A stretch of DNA of 63,957 nucleotides, the filler included, from Octopus bimaculoides (lineage: Eukaryota): the NCBI RefSeq assembly GCF_001194135.2. It is 3 parts of 3 records of this genome, joined end to end, with 100 filler letters (N's around TTAATTAATTAA, not from the genome) between each part and the next. Parts side by side here need not be neighbours in the genome. Positions count along the whole stretch, not along the records: positions 42,851 to 63,957 come from NC_068989.1; 2 more parts are not named here. One strand, 5' to 3'. The notes beneath the pieces are model-generated. The model was not told the origin of the DNA. It did no database searches and worked only from the letters and a program-made list of their open reading frames with translations. Every line of letters begins with the position of its first letter. Within the stretch, counting starts at the first letter, position 1. Position numbers and translations under genes: made by a program. Positions 61,725 to 63,957 of the stretch are shown one piece after another.

Positions 61725-61915
61725 GCTTTTATGTGGCACCACACAGGCACTTTTACGTGGCGCTGCCCAGGCACTTTTATGTGGCACCGCACAGGGGCTT
61801 TCATGTGGCATTGTGCAGGCACTTTCATGTGGCACCGCACAGGCACATTTATCTGGCACCACACAGGCACTTTTATGTGGCACTACACAGATGCTTTTAC
61901 GTGACACTTCCACAA
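61725..61915 (+). repeat. 24-bp minisatellite (ttttatgtggcaccacacaggcac) inside a family-C repeat
   Basis: About 8 diverged tandem units; explains the repetitive ORFs at 61670-61947. Confidence 0.85.
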
Positions 61916-63072
61916 GTGCTTTGAACCACCAAAAGAATCGGTCTTAACTCTTTGATAAAATAAATGTTAGTTGAGCCCTGGAATCGATGTAACCAACTCA
62001 CTCGCTTCCACCTGAACTGCTGGCCTTGTGTAAAAATTCAAAAACGAACAAGTTCTGGAAGATTCAGATGTAAATATGCTAATCACTGTTGTGTTTGTCA
62101 CAGGAGGAGAACAACTTCTCTTTAACAACAGACGTGTGTTCATAACACACTCAATTCATTAGTACAAGGAATTCTGGAGCATTCACTGTTTCAACATCAT
62201 TGTAGATTAAAAAGCAAAAACAAAAGTAAATCTTGTTGACAACTTTTATTTATTTATTACAGTTTTTCATTACATAAAGATTTCATTACATAGAGAGATA
62301 TTTATTACATGGAGAATGTTATTACACAAAGACTATCATTACATAGTCTTTCATTACATAAATACTTCATTACAGTGTTGTTTATTACAAAGTCTTCTTT
62401 ATATTACAAGGAGAGAAAAAAAAAAACCAGAAGAGACAGCGAGAGAGTTTTATGACATAGTCTTTTTTTTTTTTATTGGTACAAGAACTTCTATTACGTG
62501 TAGTTGTTCGTTATATAGATTCTTGAAAAGAAAAATATAAACCAGAAGATTATTACATGAAAAGAAATATGAAAATGGAAATAAATAAGAAAAATATATA
62601 AAAAGAATTGCTAAATGAGTACACAAGTATGTTTGTCTGCATGTATGTGTTTTGGTGTGTGTATATGCGTATAAGGTTCTGTTTGTAGGTAAAGCAGTGT
62701 ATGTATATATATATATATGTGTGTGTGTATATTTATATATATATATACACACACACACACAGGTAATAATGACCATGTATGAATAAATAAAATATTTTTA
62801 CATATATCATGCATGTATATATGTATATATAAATACGTATGTGTGTGTGTGTGAATGTATTCATGCATGTGTGTTTGAGTGTATTCATGCATGTGTGTGT
62901 GTGTATTCATGCATGCGTGTGTGTGTGTGTAGGCATGTGTGTGTGTGTGTGTAGGCATGTGTGTGTATATATATATATATGTATGTATGTGTGTCTGTGT
63001 GCAAATATAGTTTTATTATACATACATGCAAATACATGTGTGTATACACACACATATGTGTGTGTTGTACAT

Positions 63073-63103
<31 letters not shown>

Positions 63104-63920
63104 AAGGAAACCAACATAAAAAAATAGTGTTTCTCTATGTATGTATATATATATAAGAGTATATATATATATATATATATATCCATATATCTTTACTTGT
63201 CTATGTAAATGTGTATGTCTGCAGAAGTATGTCCGTGTGTGTGTGTATATGGTGTACATATATGTGTGTAGAAGCTACCTTTATTGGTGAGACTGGTAAA
63301 TATTTGGCTCCTTAACAACTAAGATTTCTGAAAAAAATAAACTTTGACCATTCCTTTACACCCCCCTCCCCCACCCACACAATTATTCCTTATTAGATCG
63401 CTCTTTGTTTATCAGTTGTTGAATAACAAAAAAAACAAAAGAACCAAAATATTTTGCTTTATTTTTTTTTTCAATGATAAGATAATATACAAAAAAAAAA
63501 ACACAGAAAAACAACCAAATTAGAAAGAAAATGTTCCAGTAAGTAAATATAGTTTAATTACTTTATTATTATTATTATTACTACTACTACTACTATTCTT
63601 CTTAACTCTGGGGAATGGGGAGTAACGGCTTTTTATTTTCACATTAAAATGCTGTGTTTTATCATTTTAATCAGCGTAGTTTATCTCACCTCTCAGATAA
63701 TACTATACATACATGTATGTATGTACGTACATACATACATACAGACAGACCGTCATACAGACACACACACATATATATGCACATGTTGTATGTATGTATG
63801 CATACATTTATCCATATGTATATACACACGTATATATATATATATATATATACATAAGCATATATTTAAATGTATATATATATGTAATCACATGTGCATA
63901 TATATATTCACATGTATGTA

Positions 63921-63957
<37 letters not shown>

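Noticed and set aside
61670-61947. Repetitive peptide ORFs (CHVKVPV.., HRHFYVA..)
   Set aside because: Products of a 24-bp minisatellite within a dispersed repeat. Units lack unique spacers, so this is also not a CRISPR array.

Overview
AT-rich, microsatellite- and SINE-dense animal DNA with many N gaps. The repeat landscape is most consistent with an octopus genome (inference; not searched). There are two host loci. (1) A tandem cluster of four minus-strand class A (rhodopsin-like) orphan GPCR genes of ~300 aa at 3.5-20.2 kb, each with an uninterrupted CDS and long shared flanks. One copy has lost both the DRY arginine and the NPxxY tyrosine, and another has a premature stop that removes the C-terminal tail. 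(2) An 11-exon minus-strand gene (48667-58471, 600 aa, all GT-AG, phases consistent) encoding a methylcrotonoyl-CoA carboxylase beta-like protein whose C-terminal biotin-side motifs are degenerate. The rest is transposon debris: tRNA-derived SINEs, RTE/Tx1/R4-like/CR1-like/Penelope-like retroelement relics, a Helitron deletion derivative, mariner and hAT MITEs, foldback elements and satellites. The most unusual elements are: a tRNA-headed SINE-like unit carrying a minimal hammerhead ribozyme in an inverted (Penelope pLTR-like) arrangement at ~60.8-61.2 kb; a conserved splice architecture suggesting GPCR coding exons may share 5' leader exons; and an internally inverted R4-like retrotransposon.
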